Assembly: GCF_009914755.1 (NCBI RefSeq)
Contig: NC_060925.1
Origin: the human T2T-CHM13v2.0 reference genome, Homo sapiens
Direction: 5' to 3' (one strand)
Length of the DNA: 64,000 nt
This document shows, in pieces, positions 14,397-27,703 of the stretch. The first letter of the stretch is position 1, and each line of letters opens with the position of its first letter. The notes under the pieces were generated by a model. It searched no databases, had not been told where the DNA came from, and worked only from the letters and a program-made list of their open reading frames with translations. Made by a program: the position numbers and the translations under genes.

Positions 14397-14560
14397 GGTG
14401 TGATCTTGGCTTACTTATTTCCTCTTTCCAAGCCTCTGTTTCCTCCTCTGTAACATTTGGATAATAATGTCTTGCTTACTGGCTTTTGGTGAAGATAAAA
14501 TGAGAAGACATGTAAAACGATATCCTGTGCATAGTAAATTTTCACTAAACGGTGGCAGTC
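14397..14560 (+). mobile_element. MIR SINE fragment
   Basis: Core 'gcctctgtttcctcctctgtaa...ggataataat' similarity. Confidence 0.75.
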
Positions 14561-14694
14561 AAATGTTTTCATACTATAGTAACTCAGTTTCTTGGGTTGG
14601 TTTTTGTGGGGAAGATAACCCATTACCAGTTTACCATGCAGGGAGTATTGAATTCCTTATGGAGTCCTAAGAAGTTAGAGCAATAAAAGGTCTT

Positions 14695-15240
14695 ATTCAT
14701 TCACTCTACAAATATTTATTGAACACCTGCTACATACCAGGCACTTGAGGTTTCACTGAGCAATGCAAATCTCAGCCCTCGAGGAGCATATACTTTAGAA
14801 CTGGAGGAAACAGACAATAAACAATACACACAGTCATGTCAGTTACGCCATATGTTTGAAAGTGTTTAGTACTAGGGGAAAAACAGAAAAAAAAAACAGA
14901 GCTTAAAGGACATAAAATTTTAAATGAATCTAACTGGGAGGGTAACATTTATTCAAAGCTTTGAAGGTGCTTGAGTTAGCCATGCAGCTATTTGAGGGAG
15001 GAACCTTCCAGGCCAGGGAACAGCCAGTGCAGAGAGAGTCACTGGGCATCGAGGCCAGTGTGGCTGGAGGGATGAGCAAAGGGGAGAAAAAGAGGAGGCA
15101 AGGGCACAGCGCCAGATTGTGTGAGGCCCTGGAGGCCACTGAGGGCTTTGGTTTTTACTCAGAGGGAAGGTGAAGGGTTTCTAACAGGGAAATGACATAT
15201 TCTGCCTTAGTTTTTATAGGATCACTGGCTGTGACTCAGA
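14695..15240 (-). mobile_element. L2 LINE 3' fragment
   Basis: Begins with the reverse L2 tail 'attcattcac..aaatatttattgaacacctgctac..ccaggcact', continues in purine-rich L2 body. Confidence 0.8.
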
Positions 15241-16367
15241 GTAAGCAGATGGAGACGTAGATGGCAGAGGACACCATTAATTCCTTCATGAGTTAGGATA
15301 GAATGTGGAGTCAGAGGTCAAATCCTGGGTCTGCTGCCATACCACTGTGAGTGTCAGACATCCAAAATGGAAGGAAGTTTTCAGGGAAATCTTGAAATAT
15401 CTGATTACTCTCTAAGAGCCAGGATTTAGGTTGTGCAAGAAGAAAAAAAAATGCTGGTCTCATTTTTTTTTAACTAACAGTGTGTCTTTGGGGTATGAAA
15501 ACTGAGGCATTTTTGTAGCCTAAAATTACTTTTGTGGGGGGGTGGGCTGGTTTTTCCACATGGCTGTGTGTTTTTAGATGGATTATTCACGTAAGACATG
15601 GGATTTCATTACGTTGGCTCTGACATTTTATTAGACTTAAATTTTCTAGTTCTGGTTAGCTATAAAGTTCACTGTCAAGAAGTTATGGGACCAAAATACA
15701 AAATACTTCAGTGGTGCTAAAAGTTAGGCCTGTGGTAATAAATCATTGTTACCTAAAGAAAGACATCATTGCTAAGGTGTCTAATTTTAGATTATTAGGA
15801 GGAAAAAATAAATAGTTTGGTAGGCTTGCCTTACTATGAGGCCTTTTCATTTTTAACTCCCAGTCTCTCTACTTTACCTCTGCTTTGGGGAAATCCAAAA
15901 AATGTTTTATTTGGCATCAAAATGTACTTTTATCTGGCCTTTTGCTTAACCTGAAGTTGTTAAAAAATAAGTTGATGTCTAAAATAACCCCCCCACACAA
16001 CATTAATCCTCCTTCAGTTGTAATTTTCTAAATATTTTTAAGCCCATGAGTTTTTTTTTTTAAATAAGAAAACCTGTAATATATAACAATTAATCAGTAC
16101 TCACATACCAAGTTAATTATTTGAGGGAGGGATGATTGTCTGATTTTTGGATCATCTTGATCTTCTTGCTTCCTTTCTGTTACTTTGCCTATCTTGTGAC
16201 CACAAATGCACCTACCCTTTCTATGTGACTGGGCTGAAAGAGGGAAAAGAGATGGGATTCATATTTGTCTATTTTCATCTATTAACTTCATAGTTTCACC
16301 ATTGTTTTGGTGCATTTCTCTCTTCATTTCTCCCCGACCCAAGATTACACTTCTGCTTTAATACATT

Positions 16368-16635
16368 CTTTTGTTTTGTTTTAGAGACAGGGTCTTACTC
16401 TGTCACCCAGGCTGGAGTGTACTGGTGTGATCATAACTCACTGTAACCTCCAACTCCTGAGCTCAAGGGCCTGCCTCAGCCTCCCAAGGCATGCCACCAT
16501 ACCCAGCTAATTTTTAAATTTTTTGTAGAAATGGGGGTCTCACTGTGTTGCCCAGCCTGGCCTTGAACTCCTGGGCTCAAGCAGTCCTCTTACTTGGGCC
16601 TTCCAAAGTGCTGGACATGAGCCGCCATTCTCAGC
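16368..16635 (-). mobile_element. AluJ with internal deletions
   Basis: Antisense Alu about 270 bp long, with several short deletions relative to consensus. Confidence 0.88.
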
Positions 16636-17585
16636 TTTGAATGTGTATTCTTGAGGTGTTTCATCAAACCAAAAGTTGGCCATGAGAAAAATAAAATTCC
16701 TTTAGGCTTTAAAACAAAACAACAACAATATTCAACATATGCCAGCATTAGGAAATTTTTATTGTGTTTCAGATAATTTTTAATATAAAATTTCTTCCCA
16801 CGTTTTTCCACCTCAGCTTTACAGGAAACCAAGAAAGTAAACGTGACAGTTTCTGATAAATATGTACTTGGGGCGGTAGAAGTTTCTGTGTCTCAAGGTC
16901 TCCTTTTCTGTTTTTTTAACTACTCAGATGGAGTTACAGTCTTAAAAAATAAATCATAGTTTACCTCCTCCATGGGTGAGAAATTCAAGATGATGAGTTA
17001 GGATGAGTGGGAAATACTATTTACAGTGGAGCTGTCTGTAGTTTGGGGATGGTTTCTAATTTCAGCATTGAAGTGGTAATTAGTATAACAAATATCTCAG
17101 AACTTAAGCTCATGACCATTGTCTATGGTGCTTTATAAAGTCCGCTTCCCCATGAGTGCAAGGTCCTCTGGAAGCCATGTGGATATCTGTTCATTTGTAT
17201 GCATGTGTGTGCATATGTGCATGGATGAAAGCATATAAATGCCAACTGTATATCCAAGGCTAACCTTGATGAAAGATATCAACTGAATACGTGGGGAGCA
17301 TTCTTGGAAGAAGTCCGATGGGATGGCTTTGGCTGATGGATAAGATTTCAGTGGGTCAAGATGGCTAGAGAAAGAGTATCAGGCAGAAAAAGGAATAAGC
17401 AATAGTGCAGCATCAGGGCCGTGTGGATGTTCCCGTTGCTGATCCTATCCTCTCCCGCTCATTTCCCTTTCGAAACTCAGCTCGAATATCACCTTGTCCT
17501 AGGTGTGTTCCTGAGGAAGGCTTTGTTTGAAATGCTTGCAGATTTTGGAATCAAACACTTGCCTTCCTCTTGGTCAAGTAGCTTA

Positions 17586-17836
17586 ATAATAAGCAAAATT
17601 TGTGTAACACTGTAAGCCAGGCAGCATTCTTAGCACCTTGCATAGGTCTGGTCATTTAATCATAACAACATCCCTAATGAGGTAGGAGCTATTATTATTC
17701 TCATTTTACAGGTGGAGAACTGAGGTGTAGAAAGGGTAAGTAACTCGCTTCAGGACACACAGCTAGAAAGTAGAAGTACAAAGAGTAGAACACTGGTTCT
17801 TTGAGTTCAGAAACTATGCTCTTAACCACTCCACTA
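17586..17836 (-). mobile_element. MIR SINE, near full length
   Basis: 'attattctcattttacaggtggagaactgagg...gtaagtaactcgc...cacacagctag'. Confidence 0.85.
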
Positions 17837-18165
17837 GAACCTTGCTAGGCGGCAGTTTATTTGTAAAGCCTTGTGAAAAAATTTTCAGCACACTATTCAG
17901 CATGCGGTAGATAATTGGAAGTCTTTTCTATTGTTAATATTTCCTGTCTCCTCAGTTTGATTGATAGGATTTTCTTCCCGTACATATCTCTCTGAGAGCA
18001 TTGTTGCACTTTGCCATAACTGTTGAATTGTCTATTTCACATGTTAGACAGAAAGCTTCTTGAGGTCACTCTACGTACAGAACTTGTCCCCCAATGGCTT
18101 GGTAAGTGTTGATGGACTGAACGAATAAAATGTTTTGTCTGGCACAGATTGACTTGCTGCAGGGA

Positions 18166-18409
18166 AAGCAGTCCTGTGGAGTGGTTCATACGCAAGACGT
18201 TAAGGCATGTACTACTAGGTTTTAATCCAGCCCCTACCATCCATTGGCATTATGTCTTGTGTAAACTATTTATCCTCCCTTAAGCCTCCACTTCCTTGTT
18301 TACTTAATGGGGACAATGAGTTGTTATAAAGAGCCAAGGAGACAATGTGTATCGGGATTTAACAGAATGCCTGGTTTATGATAAGCAATAAACAATTACT
18401 TTTATTATT
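18166..18409 (+). mobile_element. MIR SINE, near full length
   Basis: tRNA-like head, core, and 3' 'acagaatgcctgg..taagcaataaa'. Confidence 0.75.
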
Positions 18410-19015
18410 GCTGAATAACTGCTGAAAGTCAGGTACTCTGCTACTTGTTGGAGGTGCAGAAATAAAGATTCCTTCCTCATTCAGGAACTTCACCAGTCTC
18501 ATAGAAGAGAAGAATGGTCACCAAGTAAATTATAATCTATGCAATAATGTACAAAACAGATAACTTTGTGAGGATGAAAGGTGAAGAGAAGTCTTCATGA
18601 TGGAGGATATATCCAAGATGGGTTTTGAAAAATGAATAAAAGTCCTTAAGGCAGAGCAGGAATGAAGCCTTCAAATACTGGGATTGCGGCCTTAACTGAA
18701 TAGGCAATGGGGAGCCACTGAGATTTTTTGAGTAGGAGGGTGACATCAACAGAACTGTCCTTTAGGAAGATTAATCTGACAAAAATATGTAGGATGAGTT
18801 AGTGGAGAGAGAAATGAGGAAATAAATATCACATAGACCTTTAGTGAAACCTCCTACACAGAATAGAAATCCATTCTGCAGCACCCCTTACAGATGGTTA
18901 TCCAGCTGATGATGCCTGAACACACCAGGAAGGGGAAGTTCACTTCTTCCTTAAGCAGCTCCTTCTTTCCTTTCTTCCTTTCTCCCTATTTCAGTTTTTC
19001 CCTCCTCTCCAGCCA

Positions 19016-19140
19016 ACCATCCATTCATCCCTCCTTCCATCTCTTCTTCCATCCATCCATCTACCCATCCATCCCTCCACTCATCCATCCACCCATCGTC
19101 CATCCATCCATCCATCCATCCATCCATCCATCCATCCATC
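19016..19140. repeat. (CCAT)n / (ATGG)n tetranucleotide microsatellite
   Basis: Imperfect then pure CCAT run, directly adjoining an antisense L2 3' end. Confidence 0.95.
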
Positions 19141-19245
19141 AATCTATCATTTAAGGGTTTCCTTAATGCCTGTTACTGGGGTAGGTGCTGGCAACGTAAA
19201 GTTTAATACAATAGTCCTGCCCTTGAGGATCTCACAGTCTAGTCT
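19141..19245 (-). mobile_element. L2 3'-end fragment
   Basis: 'tagtcctgcccttgaggatctcacagtctagt' is the typical L2 3' motif. Confidence 0.75.
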
Positions 19246-19829
19246 CATACTTGGTGTCCATTATTGAATAATTATTATTGTTGGAAAGTTCTTTTTTCCT
19301 TGGATTGAGTGAAATCTCCTTTATTTTAGGCCTGTCTCCTACTGGTCCTACTTTTCTAATTTTTTCTTGTAATACACTGACATTCTCTTTTTTTGTGATT
19401 GCTTTTATCATTTTTACAAACCGTATCATGGAGCTTCCTTGTCTTCTCTGTGGAAAATCCAGTTCCCTTAAAAGGGCCTCCTAAGGCTGAATTCATAAAA
19501 CTTAAGGACTTTTGGAGCTGAGTGAGACTTTAGAAGTCATTTACAATTCATATCTCAGCCCTCATCACTTTACAGATAGGAGCTGAGTCACAAATAAGTT
19601 GTGACTTGCCTAAGATCGCAGAGCTAGTTAGTGGCAAAACTAGGACAAGAATTTAGGCTTTCCATTGTCCAGACTTGCAAGACTAGTGCTTTTTCAAACT
19701 GTCTGTCCTGATAACCCTTCCCAAACGTTCTGTAAATTTTCAATATCTCTCAAAATTGTGGAACCAGAAATGAAGTATGGTGTCTCAGATGTGTTCTAAC
19801 CTTGGTAGAGAGCTGTGATGAGAGTTAAT

Positions 19830-20065
19830 AAAGGCCAACACTAAGAGAATGTGCCCGGCTCCATAAGCCTCATTATCTGCATTTTCTCATTCAGCCTTGC
19901 AACAGCCCTCATTGGATGGGTTTAGTATGCTAATACTAAGATAGGGAAACTGAGCCTCAGAGGAGTGAAGTAATTTCCAGTTCACGGGCACACAGCCAGT
20001 AAGTGGAAGTACTGGAAATCAAATGCAGGGCTGTCAACTTCAAAGTCAGTGCACTGACTTCCTCC
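19830..20065 (-). mobile_element. MIR SINE
   Basis: 'agatagggaaactgagcctcagagg..gtgaagtaattt..cacacagccagtaagtgg'. Confidence 0.8.
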
Positions 20066-20506
20066 CACATAAGGGCCATTATTTACCATAATCTCCAACT
20101 GTAGTGAAGATACATTAGCAGAAGCATAGTATTTGCGAGCACATGTTGAGTTTCTGGTTATCAGAACACCTAGCCCTGTATACCTTGAATGGGGCAGAGT
20201 CAGATGTTCTCCATCCTGCATTTATGAACATCTTAAAAAACTTAGGTGGAGGTCTTTAACTTAATTTCTGTTAAATGTCACACCATTGGCTTTGCCCCAT
20301 CTAATTAATAGTGGAATAAGGCTCATGAATGGGGCCTGAATGTTTGGGTGTGACTTCTGGCTCTATCCCATGTGATTGGGTGATGTAATGTTCTTAGATG
20401 TCAATCAAGATTAGCCGTCCTGACCTCAGTGTGGGTATTAGATTAACTGAGATGGTGTATGTGGAAGGACTTTGCAAACCAGCAAATTGATGATAATCCT
20501 GATATC

Positions 20507-20800
20507 TTTTTTTTTTTTTTCCTTGAGACAAGGTCTCGTTCTGGCACCCAGGATGGAGTGCAGTGGTGTGATCTTGGCCCTGCAGCCTCCACCTCCTGGG
20601 TTCAAGCAATCCTCCTGCCTCAGCCTCCAGAGTAGCTGAGACTACAGGCATGTGCCACCATGCCTAATTTTTAAGTTTTTTGTAGAGACGAGGTCTCTCT
20701 GTGGTACCCAGGCTGATTCCAAACTCCTGGGCTCAAGCAATTTTCCCATCCTGGCCTCCCAAAGTGTTGGGATTACAGGCATGAGCTACCATGCCTGGCA
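20507..20800 (-). mobile_element. AluJ SINE
   Basis: Poly-T plus antisense dimeric Alu. Confidence 0.92.
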
Positions 20801-21446
20801 CTGATCCTGGTGTCTTAAAATATGGAGTGTAGCCTGCCTTACCCATGGTCTCCAGCAGTCTTGCCTCCCTCTGTTGTTGCCTTATTCAGGTTTTTCCTGC
20901 TGCCAGGAATGCTGCCCTTTCCTCCCCTCTGTCACCCCTCAAAATGTTACTTAGCTTGAAAGGGCAAGGTCAGAGGCCAATTTTGAAAAACCTTTCCTTA
21001 CTTGCCTGGCAGAATTAATTTTTCTTACCAGTAGACATTCACACAGCTTTGTTTACAGCACTGATATAGACCTTATCTCAGTCCGCCTTGAATTAGTATT
21101 TGTTATGTCCACACTTCCGCCACTAGAAGAGAGTTCCTTGAGAATGGAGACCATATAGTTTTTGTCTTTATGACTCTTCCCCTTCAGGGAGGCTATAAAG
21201 AGAGTCAAATAGTGATTCAATTGGGTCTTTGATATTGGCCATCCCACCCAGATTTATGTACTCAGCAGCTCTGCCAGTTTCCCTTCTGGCATCATCCCGA
21301 TCAAGATAAAGATGTTGGAAAGGGCAGGGCCAAGGGCGGAGCCCTGGAGAAATGTGGCCCTGTGTTAAGCTCTTCCTCCAAATTATTACCCAATCATAAA
21401 TTATCTCTGGCGTTGTTTTATGTAATGGTGAGTCCTCAGAACAGTG

Positions 21447-21567
21447 CATGATCAATTCGTCTGTCCAGGATTACTGAGAAGTCTCCTAACTGGTGGTCTT
21501 CTACTTTCATGATCAGTTCGTCTGCCAGGATTACTGAGGAGTCTCCTAACTGGTGGTCTTCTACCTT
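21447..21567. repeat. About 60-bp tandem duplication (2 copies)
   Basis: catgatcaattcgtctgtccagg...ctacttt (21447-21507) versus catgatcagttcgtctgccagg...ctacctt (21508-21567); 3 substitutions and 1 indel. Confidence 0.95.
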
Positions 21568-22110
21568 CTCCCTCTAATTTATTCTGCAAGCACCCTCAGA
21601 GCGATCTTTTAAAGAGCCCGTCTGATTACATCGCTCCCCTGCTTCAAACCCTTCAGTAACACACCCCATTGGTGTCAGAGGAGGAACCCTGAGCGAGACC
21701 CACCCACCTCTCTCTGGGGTACGCTCCACCCTATTTCATCCCCACAGGTTGTCTTTCAGTTCTCTGAATGCCTGCATCTCCCTGCCTGTGGGATTTCACT
21801 TAGGCTCTTTCTTCTTGAAACGGTCTTCCTCCTATCTTTTAATTTGCAAACTCCTATCTTGATTCTTGGCTTAAATGTCCTTTCCTCAGAGAAATCTTCC
21901 CTAATGTGCCTCTCTTAGCATCAGGTACTTTCCCTTCTGAATGCTGATAATTATTTGTATAATTATTCCTAATGCCTTTCCCTCCCAGTAGATTCTAAAT
22001 TCCCTGGGAGCAGGCAGGGACCTTGTCTGTCTAACCAAGGCATACTGGGTGCGATAACACAATGCCTGACACACTGTAGATGCTCATCTGATGATGGCTG
22101 GATAAACATA
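21510..22110 (+). mobile_element. L2 LINE 3' portion
   Basis: Pyrimidine-rich L2 body ('ctcccctgcttcaaacccttcagt', 'aaatgtcctttcctcagagaaatcttcccta') ending 'cacaatgcctgacaca..gtagatgctca'. Confidence 0.75.
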
Positions 22111-23242
22111 AAGTCTGAATTCATTTCTTCAACCTACGTTTATTGAGACCCTCCTGTGTGCAGGGGCTGGGTACTTAGGAGATTCATACAGGTAAAGGAA
22201 CCACAGGAAGATGTCACCTTTGCTAGCACAGCCAATGGAGAGGATCAAGTTTCTAGGTCTGCCCAGGGCTGGTGAAGGTAAGAATGTTATGTTTGAGCTG
22301 AATCCAGCTCTTATTTTACCATTTTATTCACCAGATATCAGACTGGCACAAACACTGCCAAAATCTTGACACCCTAAGTGGACCAGACTTCCTGCTCACC
22401 AAGAACTCCGTCAAAACCAGGGTGTAAAAGTTAACTTGAGATGATATTCTTAGTGAATCCTTGTTAGTGCCTAGTGCTTACAAAAATCTGCTAAAGCTAC
22501 TTTTTAGCTTTGACAGAAATCTCTCTACTGGTTTAGTTTCCTGAATCTACTCCCATATTAAAAAATAAAATAAAATCTGACATGTCTCTGTTTGTATGAG
22601 CTTCTCTTACTCTGTGGAGCCCTAAAGATTTCTCAGAGAGGCTTGGAGGTCAGGATCTGTCCTGGATTGCTTTTTTTTTCCCCCAATGATTTTTGCCTTT
22701 CCCTTCTCACTTTCAGGACCAGTGAGACAGTTAGGGGTAGGAAAGAAGTGAGCACTAGAGTGGAGTCTGGGTCCCTGGAATTCTCTTCAGCTGGGTGATC
22801 TTGGGCAGGTTATTGAACCTTTCTTGGCTTTGATCACCCATCTGTCAAATGATGTGGTTGAAATGAATGAAATTGATGTCTCCCTTCAGCTCTGAGCAAT
22901 AGGAAACTCCACTTCCTGATCTAGTGACCCTCCAGCTCCAAAATATAGGTTGAAGTAACTCTGCCTTCAATTTCAGGCATTTACATCTTACCTTTTCCAT
23001 CTTTGCCATCGGCCTTGCTTGGAAAAATCTGTTTGGTTATCTTTCTTCTCCTCCCACCCTCCACATACTTTCCTGTACTCTTAGCTCATTTTGGGCACAG
23101 CCATCCTGACATTCTTACAGGTTTGAACGACTCTTAAGTAAGGGCCTTATGACTTAGGTAAGGGCCTTATGTCCACTGGACTCCAGGGCTGGAACACTCA
23201 ATGACTTATCTAAAACAAGATCAGGTTGCTCAATTTTAAATA

Positions 23243-23395
23243 CTAGTTCAGCTGTACAACCTTGGGCAAGATACTTAAGCCCTCTGAGTTTTGGTTTCCT
23301 TGTCTATAAAATGAGGATGATAATAGACCCCACTTCAGTGGGTGTTGTGAGGTATCAGTACCTTCCTGACCACAGTAATTTAGGTATGGTGCATA
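23243..23395 (+). mobile_element. MIR SINE fragment
   Basis: 'accttgggcaagatacttaagccctctgagttttggtttccttgtctataaaatgaggatgataatag' core. Confidence 0.85.
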
Positions 23396-24923
23396 ATCTT
23401 TGAAAGTTAGCCATTTTAAATATTTGTGCCTTTTTCCATTTGTCAACTATTGGAACATTTTCCAGAAGATCTACACTGAATTCTTAAGCTGTCCCACATG
23501 GTATATCATTGTATAGGGGACAGTATGAAACTTTACAGGTAAACAAATGTGCTGCATGGAAAAAACATTTAAAATCAGGGCATTACTTCAATGAACAGCT
23601 GAGAAGAGGAAGAGGATAGGAGGCAGGGAGGGACCAGAAGAAATAATTCTTTTTCTAAATGTTGCAAGAAGTGGTCTACCAGGTAATTTGCATTGTGATT
23701 AGAGCAGCTTCAGATGGGAGAGAGAAAGAACATGAAGAGGGCTGGTCACACTTCATGTTGTATCAGAATTAACAAAATATACCTACATCCTACATTAAAT
23801 ATGACTTATACTTAATGATACGAACATCAAGTTGCAGTTGATTATTGACCTTAAAGTAATACTTTGTAGACATTTAAGCAAACATTTGTAAATTTTCATA
23901 GTTCTGATTTACTTTTGTATCTTAGAGCTAATTATGTTTTCCTTGGGTCTAGGATGTTTCCATAGGTCTGTGGAAAGTCTGTGGCACACTGGCCTGTGCT
24001 TGTGCCCCTGGTGGATAAAATGGGCCCAGACAGGGAAAGAAGCTGGGTCTGAGCTGAACCTGGGATGAGATTTTGTTGCTTTTCTGAGGACCCAAATGCA
24101 GGGAGTGATGACATCTCTGCATTGCTATTAAGGACTTGCCAAATAAAAGGATCTGGTCAGGAAAATGGACTCAGGGCAGGGGCTGTGGTCACCCTGCCCC
24201 CCAGCTTACATTCCTTGCACAGTTTTCCCCATCTGATCCTACCCCTGGCTCCATCCCCCAACCCAGTCCAACACACTTTTTGTCTCATTGACTCCAGACA
24301 ACACAGTCACTCATTCATTCACCAAGCATCCATTAAGTGCCCAATGAGTGCTAAACACTTTGATTACTCAGATGAATTCAACAGCGATTTGGTCCTAGAG
24401 GAGGGCATAGTCCATTTCTTTTTTATTTATAGCACCACTTGTAGAAATGGACCTCAGCACGTTGCTAGCATTGAAAGAATAAATAGATTCTGGGGCTGGA
24501 GAGGCCCTGGCATCTTCTTGGGTACCTTATAGTTCAGCATGGAGTTCATGACACCCTCCTTACCCCCACATGGGTAACTGGTTGTAGGAAAGGTCTTTGC
24601 ATCATTTGTAAATTATGTCGTTTGCAAATGACATAATTTTTTTCTTAAGAAAAAGAATCTATGCAAGTCTCCAATTCTAAAATTCTGTGATTGTATGATT
24701 CTAAATTAATTTAGGAAAGCAGGCAGACAGTTTTTGTACGTGTTTCCATGGACACTGTGGATGTTATGTTGAGGTGTCTGCTTAGTCACATTTGGCACCA
24801 TCTGGCATAAAAGAATTACTGGATTTTGGTGTGAGGGCAACTCAAGGTACTTAGACGGATCTGTTGTTCTAAGATTCAGTTGAAATGTTCCAGCAGCTTA
24901 GTAGCATAACCACAAGACAGTGT

Positions 24924-25443
<520 letters not shown>

Positions 25444-26366
25444 GGTAGCCTCTGTCTATGATCTGTGATACTGAGAATATATCAGTAGAGGTAATAATAC
25501 TGCACAAAAGTGTCTATCAGATGATCAGAAACTTTTCAGCCAATTAGATGTTTGATGTGCCAGTGACTGTCCTCCACTCTGAGCCCCTCCTCAGATATGA
25601 GGATTGTGATTTCAAACAGCACAGTTTACGATTTGTAAGGCTTTGATTAATGTTTCTTTTCTGCCAACTATTAATAAAATGACAAACAACCATTCTATTA
25701 AAATCCTTAAAATGTCCATATGTATAATTTGTATCTTCATTAGTAGCTACTTACATTTTGAAAAACAGACTTTTAAAATATTGGTGAAATTTGAATTTAT
25801 AGAATTTATGAGTGCTTTTGGGGCTTAATTTTTCTTATCTGATAAGTTAGCTCTGTAATTTATACGAGGTCGAGACCTGTTAATTCAAGCACACACCAGC
25901 ATCTGGCCCCCAAATACCAGATTCTTCTACAGATTTTTCATCTTTGGTTCTAATTAGCCTTGGAATATTTATAACTATATCCATTCATCATTCCTTCTTT
26001 TAAGATCTGGTGCCTCTGGTTCCATATTAAATTTAAAGTAGTTTCTTCTAATTCTGTGAAGAAAGTCAATGGCAGCTTGATGGGGATAGCATTGAATCTA
26101 TAAATTACTTTGGGTAGAATGGCCATTTTCACGATATTGATTCTTCCTATCCATGAGCACGGAATGTTTTTCCATTTGTTTGTGTCCTCTTTTATTTCCT
26201 TGAGCAGTGGTTTGTAGTTCTCCTTGAAGAGGTGCTTCACATCCCTTGTAAGTAGTATCCATAGGTATTTTATTCTCTTTGTAGCAATTGTGAGTCAGCG
26301 TTCACTCATGATTTGGCTGTCTATTATTGATATATAGGAATGCTTGTGATTTTTGCACACTGATTT

Positions 26367-27703
26367 CATATGGAACCAAAAAAGAGCCCATATAGCCAAG
26401 ACAATCCTAAGCAAAAAGAACAAAGCTGAAGGCATCACGCTACCTAATTTCAAACTATACTACAAGGCTACAGTAACCAAAACAGCATGGTACTGGTACA
26501 AAAACAGATATATAGGCCAATGGAACAGAACAGAGGCCTCAGAAATAACGCCACACATCTACAACCACCTGATCTTTGACAAACCTGATAAAAACAGGCA
26601 ATGAGGGCAGGATTCCCTATTTAATAAATGGTATTGGGAAATCTGCCTAGCCATATGCAGAAAACTGAAACTGGACCCCTTCCTTATGCCTTATACAAAA
26701 ATTAACTCAAGATGGATTAAAGACTTAAACATAAGACCTAAAACCATAAAAACCCTAGAAGAAAACCTAGGCAATACCATTGAGGACATAGGCATGGGCA
26801 AAGACTTCATGATTAAAACACCAAAAGCAATAGCAACAAAAGCCAAAATTGACAAACGGGATCTAATTAAACTAAAGAGCTTCTGCACAGAAAAAGAAAC
26901 TACCATCAGAGTGAACAGGCAACCTACAGAATGGGAGAAAATTTTTGCAATCTATCCATCTTACAAAGGGCTAATATCCAGAATGTACAGGGAACTGAAA
27001 CAAATTTACAAGAAAAAAACAAACAACCTCATCAAAAAGTGGCCAGGAACTTAAACAAATTTACTAGAAAAAAACAAACAACCTCATCAAAAAGTGGGCA
27101 AAGGATATGAACAGACACTTCTCAAAAGAAGACATTTATGCAGCAAACAAACATGAAAAAATGCTCATCATCACTGGTCATTAGAGAAATGCAAATCAAA
27201 ACCACGATGAGATACCATCTCACGCCAGTTAGAATGGCGATCATTAAAAAGTCAGGAAACAACAGATGCTGGAGAGGATGTGGAGAAATAGGAACATTTT
27301 TACACTGTTGTGGGAGTGTACATTAGTTCAACTATTGTGGAAGACAGTGTGGCAATTCCTCAAGGATCTAGAACCAGAAATACCATTTGACCCAGCAATC
27401 CCATTACTGGGTGTATACCCAAAGGATTATAAATCATTCTACTCTAATGACACATGCACATGTATGTTTATTGCAGCACTATTCACAATAGCAAAGACTT
27501 GGAACCAATCTAAGTGCCCATCAGTGATAGACTGGATAAAGAAAATGTGGCACATATACATGGAATACTATGCAACCATAAAAAAGGATGAGTTCATGTC
27601 CTTTGCAGGGACATGGATGAAGCTGGAAACTATCATTCTCAGCAAACTAACACGGGAACAGAAAACCAAACACTGCATGTTCTCACTCGTAAGTAGGAGC
27701 TGA
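26367..27703 (+). pseudogene. Disrupted L1 ORF2p C-terminal fragment
   Basis: Translations [49 protein letters not shown] (CCHC region) and MFSLVSRS*, split by stops and frameshifts. Confidence 0.93.
26991..27097. repeat. 55-bp tandem duplication within the L1
   Basis: ggaactgaaacaaatttacaagaaaaaaacaaacaacctcatcaaaaagtgg at 26991, repeated from 27046 with 2 substitutions. Confidence 0.95.

Noticed and set aside
17586-18409. Inverted MIR pair as a dsRNA hairpin
   Set aside because: The copies are too diverged for stable pairing.
18894-19154. MDGW-repeat and HPSI-repeat ORFs
   Set aside because: Artefacts of the (CCAT)n microsatellite.
19223-19243. 19/21 match to miR-151-5p as recalled (ttgaggatctcacagtctagt)
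   Set aside because: This is the generic L2 3' motif from which that miRNA derives; both mismatches fall in the seed and there is no complementary arm nearby.
20156-20167. ggttatcagaac resembling part of Y4 RNA
   Set aside because: Only 12 nt, the flanks do not match, and there is no tail or TSD.
24065-24532. Longest ORF in the track (155 aa)
   Set aside because: No recognisable domain; it runs through L2 relics and is consistent with chance.
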